A stretch of 64,000 nucleotides of DNA from an uncultured Acidobacteriota bacterium (GTDB lineage: Bacteria > Acidobacteriota > Vicinamibacteria > Vicinamibacterales > 2-12-FULL-66-21), in contig CAWBCA010000016.1 of the NCBI GenBank assembly GCA_963787175.1, positions 172,113 to 236,112 on the forward strand, given 5' to 3'. The notes below the pieces were generated by a model. That model was not told the DNA's origin. It was given only the letters and a program-made list of their open reading frames with translations, and made no database searches. The position numbers were made by a program, and so were the translations under genes. Below, in pieces: positions 10,531 through 22,928 of this stretch; the first letter of the stretch is position 1, and every line of letters starts with the position of its first letter.

Positions 10531-10914
10531 ATGACATCCGAGGACAGTGAAGAGAGCGCAACGTGGCACGCGCGGGCAGGCGCATCCGCGGCAGAGCTGC
10601 GAAAGCTGCTTGTGTCACTCGCAACGGGAAGTGTCGGCGTGTTCTTTCTGGCAACAACAGCGCAGACCGCAGCACCGCGCGGACGGGGGGAACGGGCCGC
10701 GGTGTTGACTGCGTTGCTGGCGATGACAATTGCCATCGGGTGCGGCTGTGTTGCGTGGCTATGTGATGGACGGCATGCATACGCGCGGGCTGCAAAGGAA
10801 CCGCACGAGGTGTGGCATACCGCCAAGAACATATTCGACTACGGCCTCCGGGCGAGCTTTGCCTGCGGCTTACTCGCTGCGGCCGCTTACGTTGTGATCA
10901 GGTCGAGTCCGTGA
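10531..10914 (+). CDS. Hypothetical membrane protein, about 3 TM segments
   Basis: GGAG RBS; hydrophobic helices LLVSLATGSVGVFFL, VLTALLAMTIAIGCGCVAWL, ASFACGLLAAAAYVVI. Confidence 0.55.
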   Translation: MTSEDSEESATWHARAGASAAELRKLLVSLATGSVGVFFLATTAQTAAPRGRGERAAVLTALLAMTIAIGCGCVAWLCDGRHAYARAAKEPHEVWHTAKNIFDYGLRASFACGLLAAAAYVVIRSSP

Positions 10915-11100
10915 TGAGGTAAGCCCAGGACGAGTGCTGCCGAATGCCGCTTCCTTGCTTGGCCACCATCGGACATTCCCGCTCTCTTCTTTGGGTCTCT
11001 CGAACGCCTCTTTGAACTGTCAGACTCCTCACTGCTGCGAACGGGCGCGGCAAATCGCGGCAACCGCGATAGGCCGCCATTGTTTGCTGTAGTTATTGTG

Positions 11101-11187
11101 TGGTGCGAAAGGGGGGATTCGAACCCCCACGTTCTTGCGAACGCCAGCCCCTCAAGCTGGTGCGTCTGCCAGTTCCGCCACTTTCGC
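11101..11187 (-). tRNA. tRNA-Leu (GAG)
   Basis: GCGAAAGTGGCGGAACTGGCAGACGC...CCAGC-TT-GAG-GG-GCTGG, long variable arm, GGTTCGAATCC, CCA end. Confidence 0.97.
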
Positions 11188-11224
11188 GAGGAGGACGCCC
11201 GCCTGGAGGCCGGGGCGAGCGTGC

Positions 11225-11613
11225 TTACTTCGGCTCGGGCCTTCTCCGGATCGTCGGGCGCCGGTGTCGGCGCCGGCGCCGGTGACTGCTGCGGCGGGCC
11301 GGGGTGCAGTCGGGGCCGGGGCCGGTGCCGGGCCGGACTCGGCGGCGGCCCTTGAACCCGCCCATCAACGATGTGTCGCCGCGCTTGCCGATGATCCCGA
11401 GCGCGATGGCCGCCGATCATGAACAGCACGCCGAGGACCGACGTCGCCTTGGTGAGCACCGTCGCGCCGGCGCGTGCGCCGAACGCGGTCTGGCTGCCGC
11501 CGCCGCCGAACGGCGCTCGCCATGTCGCCCCCCTTGCCCTGCTGCAGCAGCACCACGAGCAGCAGCAGCAGGCAGCTGGGGACGTACACGAACGCGATCA
11601 GGTAGTAGAGCAT
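11225..11613 (-). CDS. secG: Preprotein translocase subunit SecG (indels)
   Basis: [40 protein letters not shown]; typical tpiA-secG-tRNA-Leu synteny. Confidence 0.9.
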
Positions 11614-11621
11614 AACGGCCG

Positions 11622-12395
<774 letters not shown>

Positions 12396-12411
12396 GTGTC
12401 AGCCTGGCCCG

Positions 12412-13605
12412 TCAGCCCTTGAGGGCCTCAACGCCCGGCAGGCTGCGCCCGCCGAGGAACTCCAGCGACGCGCCGCCGCCGGTCGAGATGTGCGTGATGC
12501 GGTCGGTGACGCCCGGCCTTGCGCCACCGCGGCGATCGAGTCGCCGCCGCCGATGACGGTCGTGCCCTGCACCTCGGCCACCGCTTTCGCCACCTCGATG
12601 GTGCCGCTCGCGAACGCGTCGATCTCGAACACGCCCATCGGCCCGTTCCAGATCACCGTCTTCGCGCCGGCCAGAACCTCGCGGTAGATCTTGACCGTCT
12701 CGGGACCGATGTCCAGCCCCATCCGCTCGCCAATCGCCTCGTCGCCGACCTCCAGCGTTTCGGCCGGCGCGCCCGGTTCGAGCTTCGGCGCGACCACGTG
12801 ATCGACCGGCAGCTCGAGCCGGCAGGTTGCGCTCCTTCGCCCGTCGCTCGATGTCGCGCGCCGCGTCGAGCAGGTCCGCCTCGACCAGCGACTTGCCGAC
12901 CGCCACGCCGCGCGCCTTCAGGAACGTGTAGGCCATCGCGCCGCCGATCAGCAGCGCATCGACCCGCGGGATCAGGTTCTCGATCACCTCGAGCTTGTCC
13001 GAGACCTTCGCGCCGCCGAGCACCGCCACGAACGGCCGCGTCCGGGTGCTCGAGCACCCGGCCGAGATGGGCAATCTCGTCCGCCATCAGCAGGCCGGCC
13101 GCTGACGCCTTGACGTGGTCGACGATGCCCTCGGTCGACGCGTGCGCGCGGTGCGCCGACCCGAACGCGTCGTTGATGTAGACGTCGCCGAGCGCGGCGA
13201 GGGCCGCGGCGAAGCCGGCGTCGTTCTGCTCTTCCTCGGGATGGAAGCGCAGGTTCTCGAGCAGCACGACCCCGCCCGGGCCGGCCTGCTCGATCGCCGC
13301 CTGCGGCCTTCGGGCCGATGCAGTCCTCGGCGAACTCGCACCGGCTTGCCGAGCAGCGTCGCCAGGTGCGCGGCAATCGGCCTCAGCGAGTACTCCGGGT
13401 TCGGCTTGCCCTTCGGCCGGCCGAGGTGCGACATCAGGATCACCGTTGCGCCCTGCTCGAGCGCGTAGCGGATGGTCGGCAGCGACGAGCGTGATGCGGG
13501 TGTCCTCCTGGATCGCGGCCGTTCTTGATCGGCACGTTGAAGTCGACCCGGATCAGCGCCTTCTTGCCGCGCAGATCCAGGTCCGTGATGGTGCGTGCCG
13601 CCGCA
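12412..13605 (-). CDS. pgk: Phosphoglycerate kinase (multiple indels; start approximate)
   Basis: [64 protein letters not shown]. Confidence 0.95.
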
Positions 13606-14615
<1,010 letters not shown>

Positions 14616-14744
14616 CGCAAAACTCCTCCGCCGCGGCGCTGGCCGTCCGGATGTGCCCGGCTGCTGCGCCGAAACCGTTGATTGTAGTGAACGGCTTGCG
14701 CAGTGGTCAAACCGCGGACTACAGTACCTGCTGAATTCCCGCCC

Positions 14745-16109
14745 ATGTACGTCGACCTACAGCATCCTCATCGTCGCGTTCTTCGTGGTGATGTCCCCGT
14801 ACCTGCTCTATCAGGCGGTCCGCTACCGCAAGTACATCAGCAGCCTCAAGCAGCGCATGGGCTACCTGCCGGTGTCGTTCAATCTCGACGGCGACGAGTC
14901 GATCTGGATTCACGCGGTCTCGGTCGGCGAAGTGCTGACGGCCCGCGCGCTCCTGCCCGAGCTGCGCGACCGCTATCCGCGCCTGCGCATCTTCCTGTCG
15001 ACCACCACGCTGACCGGCCAGCAGATCGCCGCCACAGAACCTCCAGTCCGTCGATCCAGGTGTTCTACTTCCCGTTCGACCTCGGCTTCGTCGTCCAGCG
15101 CACGCTGCGGCTGGTACGGCCGCGGCTGTTCATCATGATGGAAACCGAGATCTGGCCGAACCTGCTGCGCGCCTGCCATCGCGCCGGGGTCAGGACCGCG
15201 CTCGTCAACGGCCGCATTTCGACCCGTTCGTATCCCCGCTACCGGCTCGTCCGCCCGTTGTTCCGCCGCGTGCTGCAGCACGTCGACCGCTTCTGCATGC
15301 AGAGCGACGAGTCGGCCCGCCGCATCATCGATCTCGGCGCCCCCCGCGATCGGGTGCTGGTGACCGGCTCGCTGAAGTTCGACTCGCTCGAACTTCCCGA
15401 CGCGAGCGGCGCGCTCGACGGCGGCTTCCGCACGCAGCGACCGCGGCCGCAACCGCGTGCTTCGCTACTTCCGGATCAGCCCCGGCCGCCCGGTGGTGAT
15501 TGCCGCGAGCACGCTGAAAGGCGAGGAGGCTGCCGGTGCTCGAGGCCTTCCTGCGCATCCGCGCCTCGACTGCCGAACGCGCTGCTGGTGCTGGCGCCGC
15601 GCAAGCCGGAGCGATTCGACGAGGCCGAGCGGCTGGCCCGCGCGGCCGGCTATACCGTCGCCCGGCGGAGCGAGCTGCGCGTCGATGCCGAGCCTCGCCA
15701 GCAGGTGGTGATTCTCGACAGCATCGGCGAGCTCGCCCAGCTCTTCCAGATTGCGACCGCGGTGTTCGTCGGCGGCAGCCTCGTCGACGCTGGAGGCCAC
15801 AATATCCTGGAGCCGGCCGTCGTTCGGCAAGCCAATCGTGTTTGGTCCGCACATGGAGAATTTCGCCGAGATTGCCCGCACCTTCCTCGACAACGGCGCG
15901 GCAATCCAGATTCGCGACGAGCGCGAGCTCGAGCCTGTGCTGATCGCGATTGCTCGGAGATCCGGTGAGGCGTGCGAGCCTCGGCGCAGCCGCCCGGGCG
16001 CTGGTCGAAGCCAACCGCGGTGCGCGCGGCAAGAGCCTCCGATGCCTGTCCGAGCTGCTGCCCGGCGAAGTCATCCGGCGTGGTGCGGCCTTTCCGGGTC
16101 GTGCACTGA
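14745..16109 (+). CDS. waaA: 3-deoxy-D-manno-octulosonic acid (Kdo) transferase (indels)
   Basis: IWIHAVSVGEV, METEIWPN, VNGRIS, TGSLKFD, APRKPERF, VGGSLVDAGGHNILEP. Confidence 0.93.
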
Positions 16110-16154
16110 ACGGCGCCAGTGCGCTCCTGGTCTGCGTTCCGTGCGAGGCAAGCC

Positions 16155-17178
16155 GTGCTGACTCATGTCCTGAGCGATCTCTACGCGGCGGCCGCGCGCC
16201 GGCGCCGCGAGCGCTACGCCCGCCGTCCCGACCTGCGGCGCCGCCTGCGCCGGCCGGTGATCAGCGTCGGCAATCTCGCGGTCGGAGGCCGGGGCAAGAC
16301 CCCGACGGTAGCCGCGCTCGCACGACTGCTGCGCGACTGCCGGCGAGCGTCCCGCCATCCTGACCCGCGGCTACGCCCGCACCGAGCCGGAGGACGGCGT
16401 CGTCGTGGTCAGCGGGCCGGACGGGATCCGCGCCGACCTCGCGCGTGCCGGCGACGAGCCGCTGATGCTCGCGCGACAGCTGCCCGGCGTCCCGGTGCTG
16501 GTCGCGGAGCGAGCGCTATCTGGCCGGGCGGCTCGCCGAGCATCACTTCGGCGTCGACGGTTCACCTCCTGGACGACGGCTTCCAGCACCTGCAACTGGA
16601 TAGCGACATCGATCTCGTCATCGTTGCCCGCGAGGACGTCGGGTCCGGCGGCGCGGACGCTCCCTTCGGGCCGGTTGCGCGAGCTGCCCGATGCGCTGAT
16701 TGCCGCCGACGCCGTGCTCGTCGGCGGATGCCGGCGGTAGGGCTGCCCGCCGGCCTGGACGTTCCCGTGTTCACGCTGCGCCGCACCATCGGCGAGGTGG
16801 TCGCAGCGGGTCCCCGCTCAGGCGAGCCCTGGCGCCTGGTGACGCGTGCTCGCGGTCGCGGGGATCGCCGATCCCGCAGCGCTTCGTCGGACGATCGCGC
16901 GTGCCGCGGGCTGGAGGATCTAGCGGCACGATGCTGTTCCGCGACCACGAGCCGTACGCACAGCGGGACGTCGCAGCGAGTCTGGGAGGAGGCCGGCGAG
17001 CGGCCGGCGCCGGCGGCGGTGATCACCACCGAGAAGGACTTCGTCCGGCTGCTGCCGTTCCGGCCGTTCCCGCTGCCGGTCGGGTACCTGCCGCTTACAA
17101 TGGAGCTTGAGCCGGCGATGGAGTTCCGCCGCTGGCTCGAGGCATCGCTGCAGGCGACGCCCGCGATAATACCGTTGA
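16155..17178 (+). CDS. lpxK: Tetraacyldisaccharide 4'-kinase (indels; ends approximate)
   Basis: [46 protein letters not shown]. Confidence 0.92.
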
Positions 17179-18127
17179 CTGACCGTCCTCCGTCCTTCCG
17201 TCATCGCCTCGAGTACCTGGCCGTCGTGGCGGTTGTGGCGGTGGTGCGCGTGCTGCCGATGCGGGCGGTGCTCGGGGCCGGCCGGCTGCTCGGACTGGCG
17301 TTCCACGCCTCGACGGCGCCCACCGCCGGCTCGCGCTGCGGAACCTCGAGGCGGCGTTTCCGGTGCGCAGCAGCGGCGAGCGGCGCGCGATCGCGCGCCA
17401 GATGTTCTCGCACTTCGGCCGCCTGCTGATGGTGCTGCTCAAGTTCAGCACCATGGCGCCTGCGGAGATGCTGCGGCGCGTCGAGTTCGACGGCGAGGAG
17501 CGCGTGCGGGCGGCGCACGGGCTGCAGCGCGGCGTGCTGCTGTTCACCGGGCACTTCGGGTTCTGGGAGATCAACGCACTGGTGCACGGCGTGACGCTGC
17601 GGCCGATGGCCGTGCTCGCGCGCCCGCTCGACAACCCGCTGCTCCACAATCTGCTCGAGTCGATGCGGTGCGGGACCGGCAACTCGGTGATTTACCGGCG
17701 GGGGGCGATACGGCGCGTGCTGCGCGCGCTCGCGGCGAACCAGGCGGTGGCGATCCTGATCGATCAGCACATCCAGACGGCGGACGCGGTGTACGTCGAT
17801 TTCTTCAACAGGCCTGCCGCGACGACGTCTGCCCTGGCGGCGCTCGCATTGCGAACCGGGGCGCCGGTGGTGCCGGTCTTCGCGCTGCCGCTGCCGGGAG
17901 GCCGGTTCAGGATGGTGTACGAGCACGCCGTGGAGCCGCCAGCCTCCAGCGATCCGGATGCCGTCCGGGAGTTCACCCAGCGGTGCACCGACGTCCTGGA
18001 AATGTACGTTCGCCGCTACCCGGAGCTCTGGCTGTGGATGCACCGCCGGTGGCGGGATGTCGAGCCGACCGGCCAGCATGTGCCCGGCATGTTTCCCACC
18101 GCCAGCAGCGAAGAGCAGCGCGGATGA
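17175..18127 (+). CDS. lpxL: Lipid A lauroyl/late acyltransferase (LpxL/HtrB family)
   Basis: GHFGFWE (H-x4-E), [20 protein letters not shown]. Confidence 0.88.
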
Positions 18128-19158
18128 TCGACCCGGCGGCCCGCAGCGGCCCGAGCGCGATCGCGCGGATTGTGGTTCGCGCGCCCAACTGGCTGGGTGA
18201 TGCCGTTCTGGCGCTGCCGGCGATGGCGTCGGTGCGCGCCGGACACCCCGACGCGACCTTGACGATCGCCGCCGTGAGCTCGGTTGCGCCCCTCTTCCGG
18301 GAGCGCACCAACGTTGCGCAGGACGAGCTCCTCGTGCTCGATCCGCCGACGGAGCGGGCGCAGCTGCAGGCCGCCCGGTTCGATGCCGCCCTCCTGCTCC
18401 CGAACTCGTTTCGCACAGCGTGGACGGCGCGGCAGGCGGGCATCGGCACCAGGTGGGGCTACTCCGCCGGCTTCCGCGGCGCGCTGCTGTCGACCGGCGT
18501 GCGCCGGCCGCGCGAGCGGGTGCACCAGTCGGAGTACTACGGCCGTCTCGTGGCCGCGCTCGGTCTGCCTGCCGTCGATCCCGTGCCGAAGGTGGAGCCG
18601 TCCATCGAAACGCTCGCCCGTACGACGACGATGCTTCGCGAGCACGGCGTCGATCCGGGAGCGGCACTGGTAGGCATGGCGCCCGGCGCGGCCTATGGAC
18701 ACGCGAAGCGGTGGCCGCCGTCCCGCGTCGCCGAGGTGATTGTCAGGCTCGCGCGCGATCACGAAGCGCGGTGCGTCCTGGTCGGCGCGCCGGGGGATCG
18801 CGAGGCAGCCCGTGAGATAGAATCGGCGCTGCCGGCAGGCACCGGCGTGATCGACCTGGTTGGACGCACGGACCTGCGCCTGCTGGTGGGCGTGTTGAGC
18901 CGGTGCGCCGCCTTCGTCTCGAATGATTCCGGGGCCATGCACCTGGCGGCCGCCGCCGGCCTGCCGGTGACGGCCATCTTCGGGCCGACGGACGAGCGGG
19001 TGACAGCGCCGGTTGGCGACAACGATGTCCTCGTGCATCAGGTGTTCTGCCGGCCGTGCATGCTGCGTGAGTGCCCGATCGATCACCGCTGCATGAAGGG
19101 AATCACCGTCGATGCGGTCTGCGCGAGCGTAAGCGCGCGTCTGGAGAGAGCGCGATGA
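18124..19158 (+). CDS. waaF: LPS heptosyltransferase II
   Basis: RAPNWLGDAV, PGAAYGHAKRWP, VSNDSGAMHLAAA, IFGPT. Confidence 0.92.
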   Translation: MIDPAARSGPSAIARIVVRAPNWLGDAVLALPAMASVRAGHPDATLTIAAVSSVAPLFRERTNVAQDELLVLDPPTERAQLQAARFDAALLLPNSFRTAWTARQAGIGTRWGYSAGFRGALLSTGVRRPRERVHQSEYYGRLVAALGLPAVDPVPKVEPSIETLARTTTMLREHGVDPGAALVGMAPGAAYGHAKRWPPSRVAEVIVRLARDHEARCVLVGAPGDREAAREIESALPAGTGVIDLVGRTDLRLLVGVLSRCAAFVSNDSGAMHLAAAAGLPVTAIFGPTDERVTAPVGDNDVLVHQVFCRPCMLRECPIDHRCMKGITVDAVCASVSARLERAR

Positions 19159-19718
19159 AGCCCGCGGTGTTCCTCGATCGCGACGGCACGCTGATCGAGG
19201 AGTCCGGCTACCTGGACCGGCTGGAACGCCTCACGTTCTTTCCGTTCAGCGTGGACGCGGTCCGCCTCCTCAACCGCGGCGGCTGGCCAGTGATCGTCGT
19301 GTCCAACCAGTCGGGGATCGGCCGGGGTCTCGTTCGCGAGGCGTTCGTGGCGGAGGCGCACGCGCACATTGCGGATCGACTCCGCGCGGGCGGGGCGCGG
19401 ATCGACGCGTTCTACTACTGCCCGCACCATCCGGAGGCAACGACGGCGGAGCACCGCAGCCCCTGCGGGTGCCGGAAGCCTGCACCGGGCATGCTGCTGG
19501 CTGCGGCGTCAGAGCACGGCCTGGACCTCGCGCGGTCCGTCGTCGTGGGCGACAAGTGGGACGATGTCGCGACGGCGCGCGCGGCCGGGTCGCGCGGCGT
19601 GCTGGTGAGGACCGGCTACGGACGCCACGCGGAGTCGTCTGGACGGGCCGGCGTGCAGGCGGATGCGGTGACGGACAACCTGGCGGCGGCGGTCGCGTGG
19701 ATACTGGGGCGCTCGTGA
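19155..19718 (+). CDS. gmhB: D-glycero-D-manno-heptose 1,7-bisphosphate phosphatase
   Basis: FLDRDGTL, SNQSGIGRG, YYCPHHP, CGCRKP, VGDKWDD. Confidence 0.95.
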   Translation: MKPAVFLDRDGTLIEESGYLDRLERLTFFPFSVDAVRLLNRGGWPVIVVSNQSGIGRGLVREAFVAEAHAHIADRLRAGGARIDAFYYCPHHPEATTAEHRSPCGCRKPAPGMLLAAASEHGLDLARSVVVGDKWDDVATARAAGSRGVLVRTGYGRHAESSGRAGVQADAVTDNLAAAVAWILGRS

Positions 19719-20746
19719 ACCGGCCGCCTCATTCCTCGCCGTCATCCGAACGCCTCCTGGCGTTGATAGACGAGTTCGCCGGGATTCGGGTCGCCGTGTT
19801 CGGAGACCTGCTGGCCGACGAGTTCATCTACGGTCAGGTGGCGAGAGTCTCGCGTGAGGCGCCAGTCCTCATCCTCGACTACGACTCGACGGAAATCGTG
19901 CCCGGCGGCGCAGGGAATGCCGCCAGGAACGTGTCGGCGCTGGGCGGCGCTCCGTCGGCGATAGGGGTCACCGGGGCAGACGAAACCGGTCGGCGGCTTC
20001 TCGACGTGCTCGGCGGCAGCGTGAACCTGCGGGGCGTCGTGCAGCCGCGCACCTACCGGACGCCCACCAAGACGCGGATCCTGGCGGGAGGCGTGCACTC
20101 CGCGAAGCAGCAGGTCGTCCGGATCGACAGGTCCGTGCGCCAGGACCTGTCGGCCGGCGACCGCCGTGCGATAGAGGCGAAGCTCGTGTGGGCGGCGGCA
20201 CGGTGCGACGCGCTGCTGATCTCCGACTACGGCACGGGCCTGGTCACGCCGGCCCTCGTGCGCGCCGCGATGGCGCGGTTCGCAGGGCCCGGGCGCCGCG
20301 CGCCAATACTGGTCGACTCACGCTACGCGCTGCTCCGGTTCCGGCGCATGACGACCTGCACGCCCAACGAAGCAGAGGTCGAGCAGATGTTCGGCGTGAC
20401 CATCGGCGACGACGTCCGCGCGCTCGAACACGCGGGCCGCGAACTCCTGGCGCGGACCAGGGCGGAGGCGGTCCTGGTCACGCGTGGCAGCAGGGGAATG
20501 GCGCTCTTCGAGCCGGCTCGTCCCACCGAGCACATCGCGATCTCCGGCTCCGACCAGATCGCCGACGTCACGGGGGCAGGGGACACCGTGATCGCCACGA
20601 TGACCCTGGCGCTCGCCGCTCGCGCGACGTTCAGCGAGGCGGCGCATCTCGCCAACTTCGCCGGCGGGCTGGTGGTCATGAAACGCGGCACGGCGACCGT
20701 ATCGGCCGAGGAGCTGCGCCGCGTGGTCAGGGCAGGCGCGCCGTAA
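19715..20746 (+). CDS. rfaE1: D-glycero-beta-D-manno-heptose-7-phosphate kinase (RfaE domain I, PfkB family)
   Basis: RVSREAPV, GGAGNAA, ISDYG, TPNEAE, DVTGAGDTV. Confidence 0.92.
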   Translation: MNRPPHSSPSSERLLALIDEFAGIRVAVFGDLLADEFIYGQVARVSREAPVLILDYDSTEIVPGGAGNAARNVSALGGAPSAIGVTGADETGRRLLDVLGGSVNLRGVVQPRTYRTPTKTRILAGGVHSAKQQVVRIDRSVRQDLSAGDRRAIEAKLVWAAARCDALLISDYGTGLVTPALVRAAMARFAGPGRRAPILVDSRYALLRFRRMTTCTPNEAEVEQMFGVTIGDDVRALEHAGRELLARTRAEAVLVTRGSRGMALFEPARPTEHIAISGSDQIADVTGAGDTVIATMTLALAARATFSEAAHLANFAGGLVVMKRGTATVSAEELRRVVRAGAP

Positions 20747-20796
20747 CGCGGCGGTGGCCGTGGATGCCGGGCTTGCGGACCCGCAAGGAGGGACAG

Positions 20797-21660
20797 ATGA
20801 GAGTGGCCTGGAGCCTGATCGTTCTGCTGGCACTACGCGGCCTTGCCGCCGCGGCCGACACGCCCACACCAATCCCGCTGTGGCGGGACGGGGCGCCGGG
20901 CTCGGAGGGCAGGACGGCGAAGGAAGAAGTGAGCACCTCCGCCAGCGGGGAGCTCAGCGTCTCGGGCATTCATCATCCCAGCATCACGCCGTACCTGCCG
21001 GAGCAGGGGAAGGCGACAGGGGTCGCGGTTCTGGTCATCCCCGGCGGGGGCCATCGCGTCCTCGCGATCACGCACGAGGGCTACAACGTCGCTGAATGGC
21101 TGCGGGATCACGGCATCGCGGCGTTCGTGCTGAAACACCGGCTCGCCCGCGAGGCCAACTCGACCTACAGGATAGACGTCGAGTCGCTGGCCGACACGCA
21201 GCGCGCGATCCGGCACATCCGGGCCAGGGCGGACGAGTGGCACATCGACCCCAACCGGATTGGCGCGATCGGATTCTCCGCCGGTGGCGAGCTGGTCACG
21301 CTCGCCAGTCAACGCCCCGACGAGGGGAGCGCTGAGAGCGGCGATCCGATCGATCGGCTGCCCTCGAGGCTCGCCTTTCAGGCGCTGATCTACCCGGGCC
21401 GCTCGGGCGACATCCAACCGTCGAAGGACTCGCCGCCGGCGTTCCTGGCGGCGGCGTACAACGACCGGCCGGACATCTCCGAGGGCCTCGCTGAGGCGTA
21501 CCTGCGATTCAAGCGCGCGGGTGCTCCTGCAGAACTGCACATTTACAGCGCTGGCGGCCATGGGTTCGGAGTGCGCGCCACCAACAAACGGCCGGCCGGC
21601 CAGTGGCTGGTGCGGTTCGAGGAGTGGTTGCTCGAAACCGGGATTCTGCGCCGCCCGTAG
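20797..21660 (+). CDS. Secreted alpha/beta hydrolase (acetyl/xylan esterase-like)
   Basis: Signal peptide, IPGGGH, GFSAGG, AELHIY..GGHGFG. Confidence 0.88.
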   Translation: MRVAWSLIVLLALRGLAAAADTPTPIPLWRDGAPGSEGRTAKEEVSTSASGELSVSGIHHPSITPYLPEQGKATGVAVLVIPGGGHRVLAITHEGYNVAEWLRDHGIAAFVLKHRLAREANSTYRIDVESLADTQRAIRHIRARADEWHIDPNRIGAIGFSAGGELVTLASQRPDEGSAESGDPIDRLPSRLAFQALIYPGRSGDIQPSKDSPPAFLAAAYNDRPDISEGLAEAYLRFKRAGAPAELHIYSAGGHGFGVRATNKRPAGQWLVRFEEWLLETGILRRP

Positions 21661-21688
21661 GCGCAGATTCACTTCGTTAATGTGACAG

Positions 21689-21724
21689 GGGGTCTTCGGA
21701 CCCCGCGTCGGCGGAACCTGAAAA
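21689..21724. repeat. REP-like palindromic repeat, copy 1
   Basis: GGGGTC-TTCG-GACCCC hairpin plus tail; 33/36 identical to 22265-22300. Confidence 0.7.
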
Positions 21725-21758
21725 ACCCCACGATCGCAGGACGCCCCGGCACACATAT

Positions 21759-22223
21759 ATGGCACTTATCGTGAGTCGCGCCGAGCTCCTCGATCGCGTG
21801 CAGGCGGACCGGTCCGCGGGCCTGACGATCGCGCTCGCGAACGGCTGCTTCGATCTGGTGCACGCGGGACACGTCCGGTACCTGCAGGCGGCCGCAGAGG
21901 AGGCGGATCGTCTGGTAGTTGCCGTCAACGACGATCGGACCGCAGGGATGAAGGGTCCCGGCCGGCCGGTGATGAGGGCGGAGGATCGAGCGGAGCTGGT
22001 CGCCGCGCTCAGGGGGGTCGACTACGTGACGATCTTTCCGGAGCCGACCGTGACACAACTCCTCGAGCTCATTCGCCCGGACGTGCACTGCAAGGGAACC
22101 GACTACACAGTGGACACGGTCCCGGAGCGCGACACCGTCCGTGCCTACGGCGGTCGCATCGCCATCGTCGGCGACCCGAAGGACCACTCGACCCGGGATC
22201 TCATCGCGCGGATCCGCCGGTGA
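21759..22223 (+). CDS. rfaE2: Heptose-1-phosphate adenylyltransferase (RfaE domain II)
   Basis: [33 protein letters not shown]. Confidence 0.92.
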   Translation: MALIVSRAELLDRVQADRSAGLTIALANGCFDLVHAGHVRYLQAAAEEADRLVVAVNDDRTAGMKGPGRPVMRAEDRAELVAALRGVDYVTIFPEPTVTQLLELIRPDVHCKGTDYTVDTVPERDTVRAYGGRIAIVGDPKDHSTRDLIARIRR

Positions 22224-22257
22224 ACCTCCGTCAGACCCGGCGTCCCCTCCACTTGCT

Positions 22258-22300
22258 GTAGCGCGGGGTCTTCAGACCCCGCGTCGGCGGGACTTGAAAA
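22258..22300. repeat. REP-like palindromic repeat, copy 2 (GTAG-led)
   Basis: GTAG-CGCGGGGTC-TTCA-GACCCCGCG. Confidence 0.7.
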
Positions 22301-22928
22301 GGCTCGCCTGCACCGAGCACCTGAACTCTGTAGATATCGTCCCGCCCAGCGGTCACCTCCACCTCTCAGTCGAGGCCATTACCACCCCGTAAGCCGCTGT
22401 TCCCATCAACCGCCTGCGGGTTCCGATCGAGCACATATGGGTCGGCAAATCTCAGACAGATCCGTCATTGCTGTTCCTCCCACAGACGGATAGAGACTTC
22501 CAGCTGGCTTCTGCACCGAAGGTCACCGAACTCCTCTAAGCCGGCGACTCTGTTGCCGTCACGAATTATGTAATGGCTGAGGTTTGTCTGGTCGGGACCA
22601 ATAGGAAGTTCTGCTACAGCCGGCTTTGACCTGCAGCGCTATATCTCCGCGGGCGTGCTCTCCGCATAAGAAACCGCGGAACTAGCGAGCAAATACACCC
22701 CGCTTCCATCACGACGTACTCCCATCACTGGGAACGGCACCGTTGTTGAGATGTGAGCGTTCGCGCCACCTCACATGCACTCGCTTCGCAGAGCGCCAGC
22801 CGCGCTCACGGTGGTGATCCGCCCGCAGCATTCCTGCGGAGGACCGGTGCAGCGCAAACAAGGCGAACGCAACGCGCGGGCGGGCCGATGACGGCGCGCT
22901 CGACTCAGAACATCAGCAACAGGACGAT

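Noticed and set aside
22300-22928. Riboswitch (c-di-GMP) or sigma54 promoter upstream of the adhesin
   Set aside because: Only partial matches (GGCAC-N5-TTGA, a short CCGCAG/CTGCGG hairpin); consensus not met, so an Infernal scan is needed.
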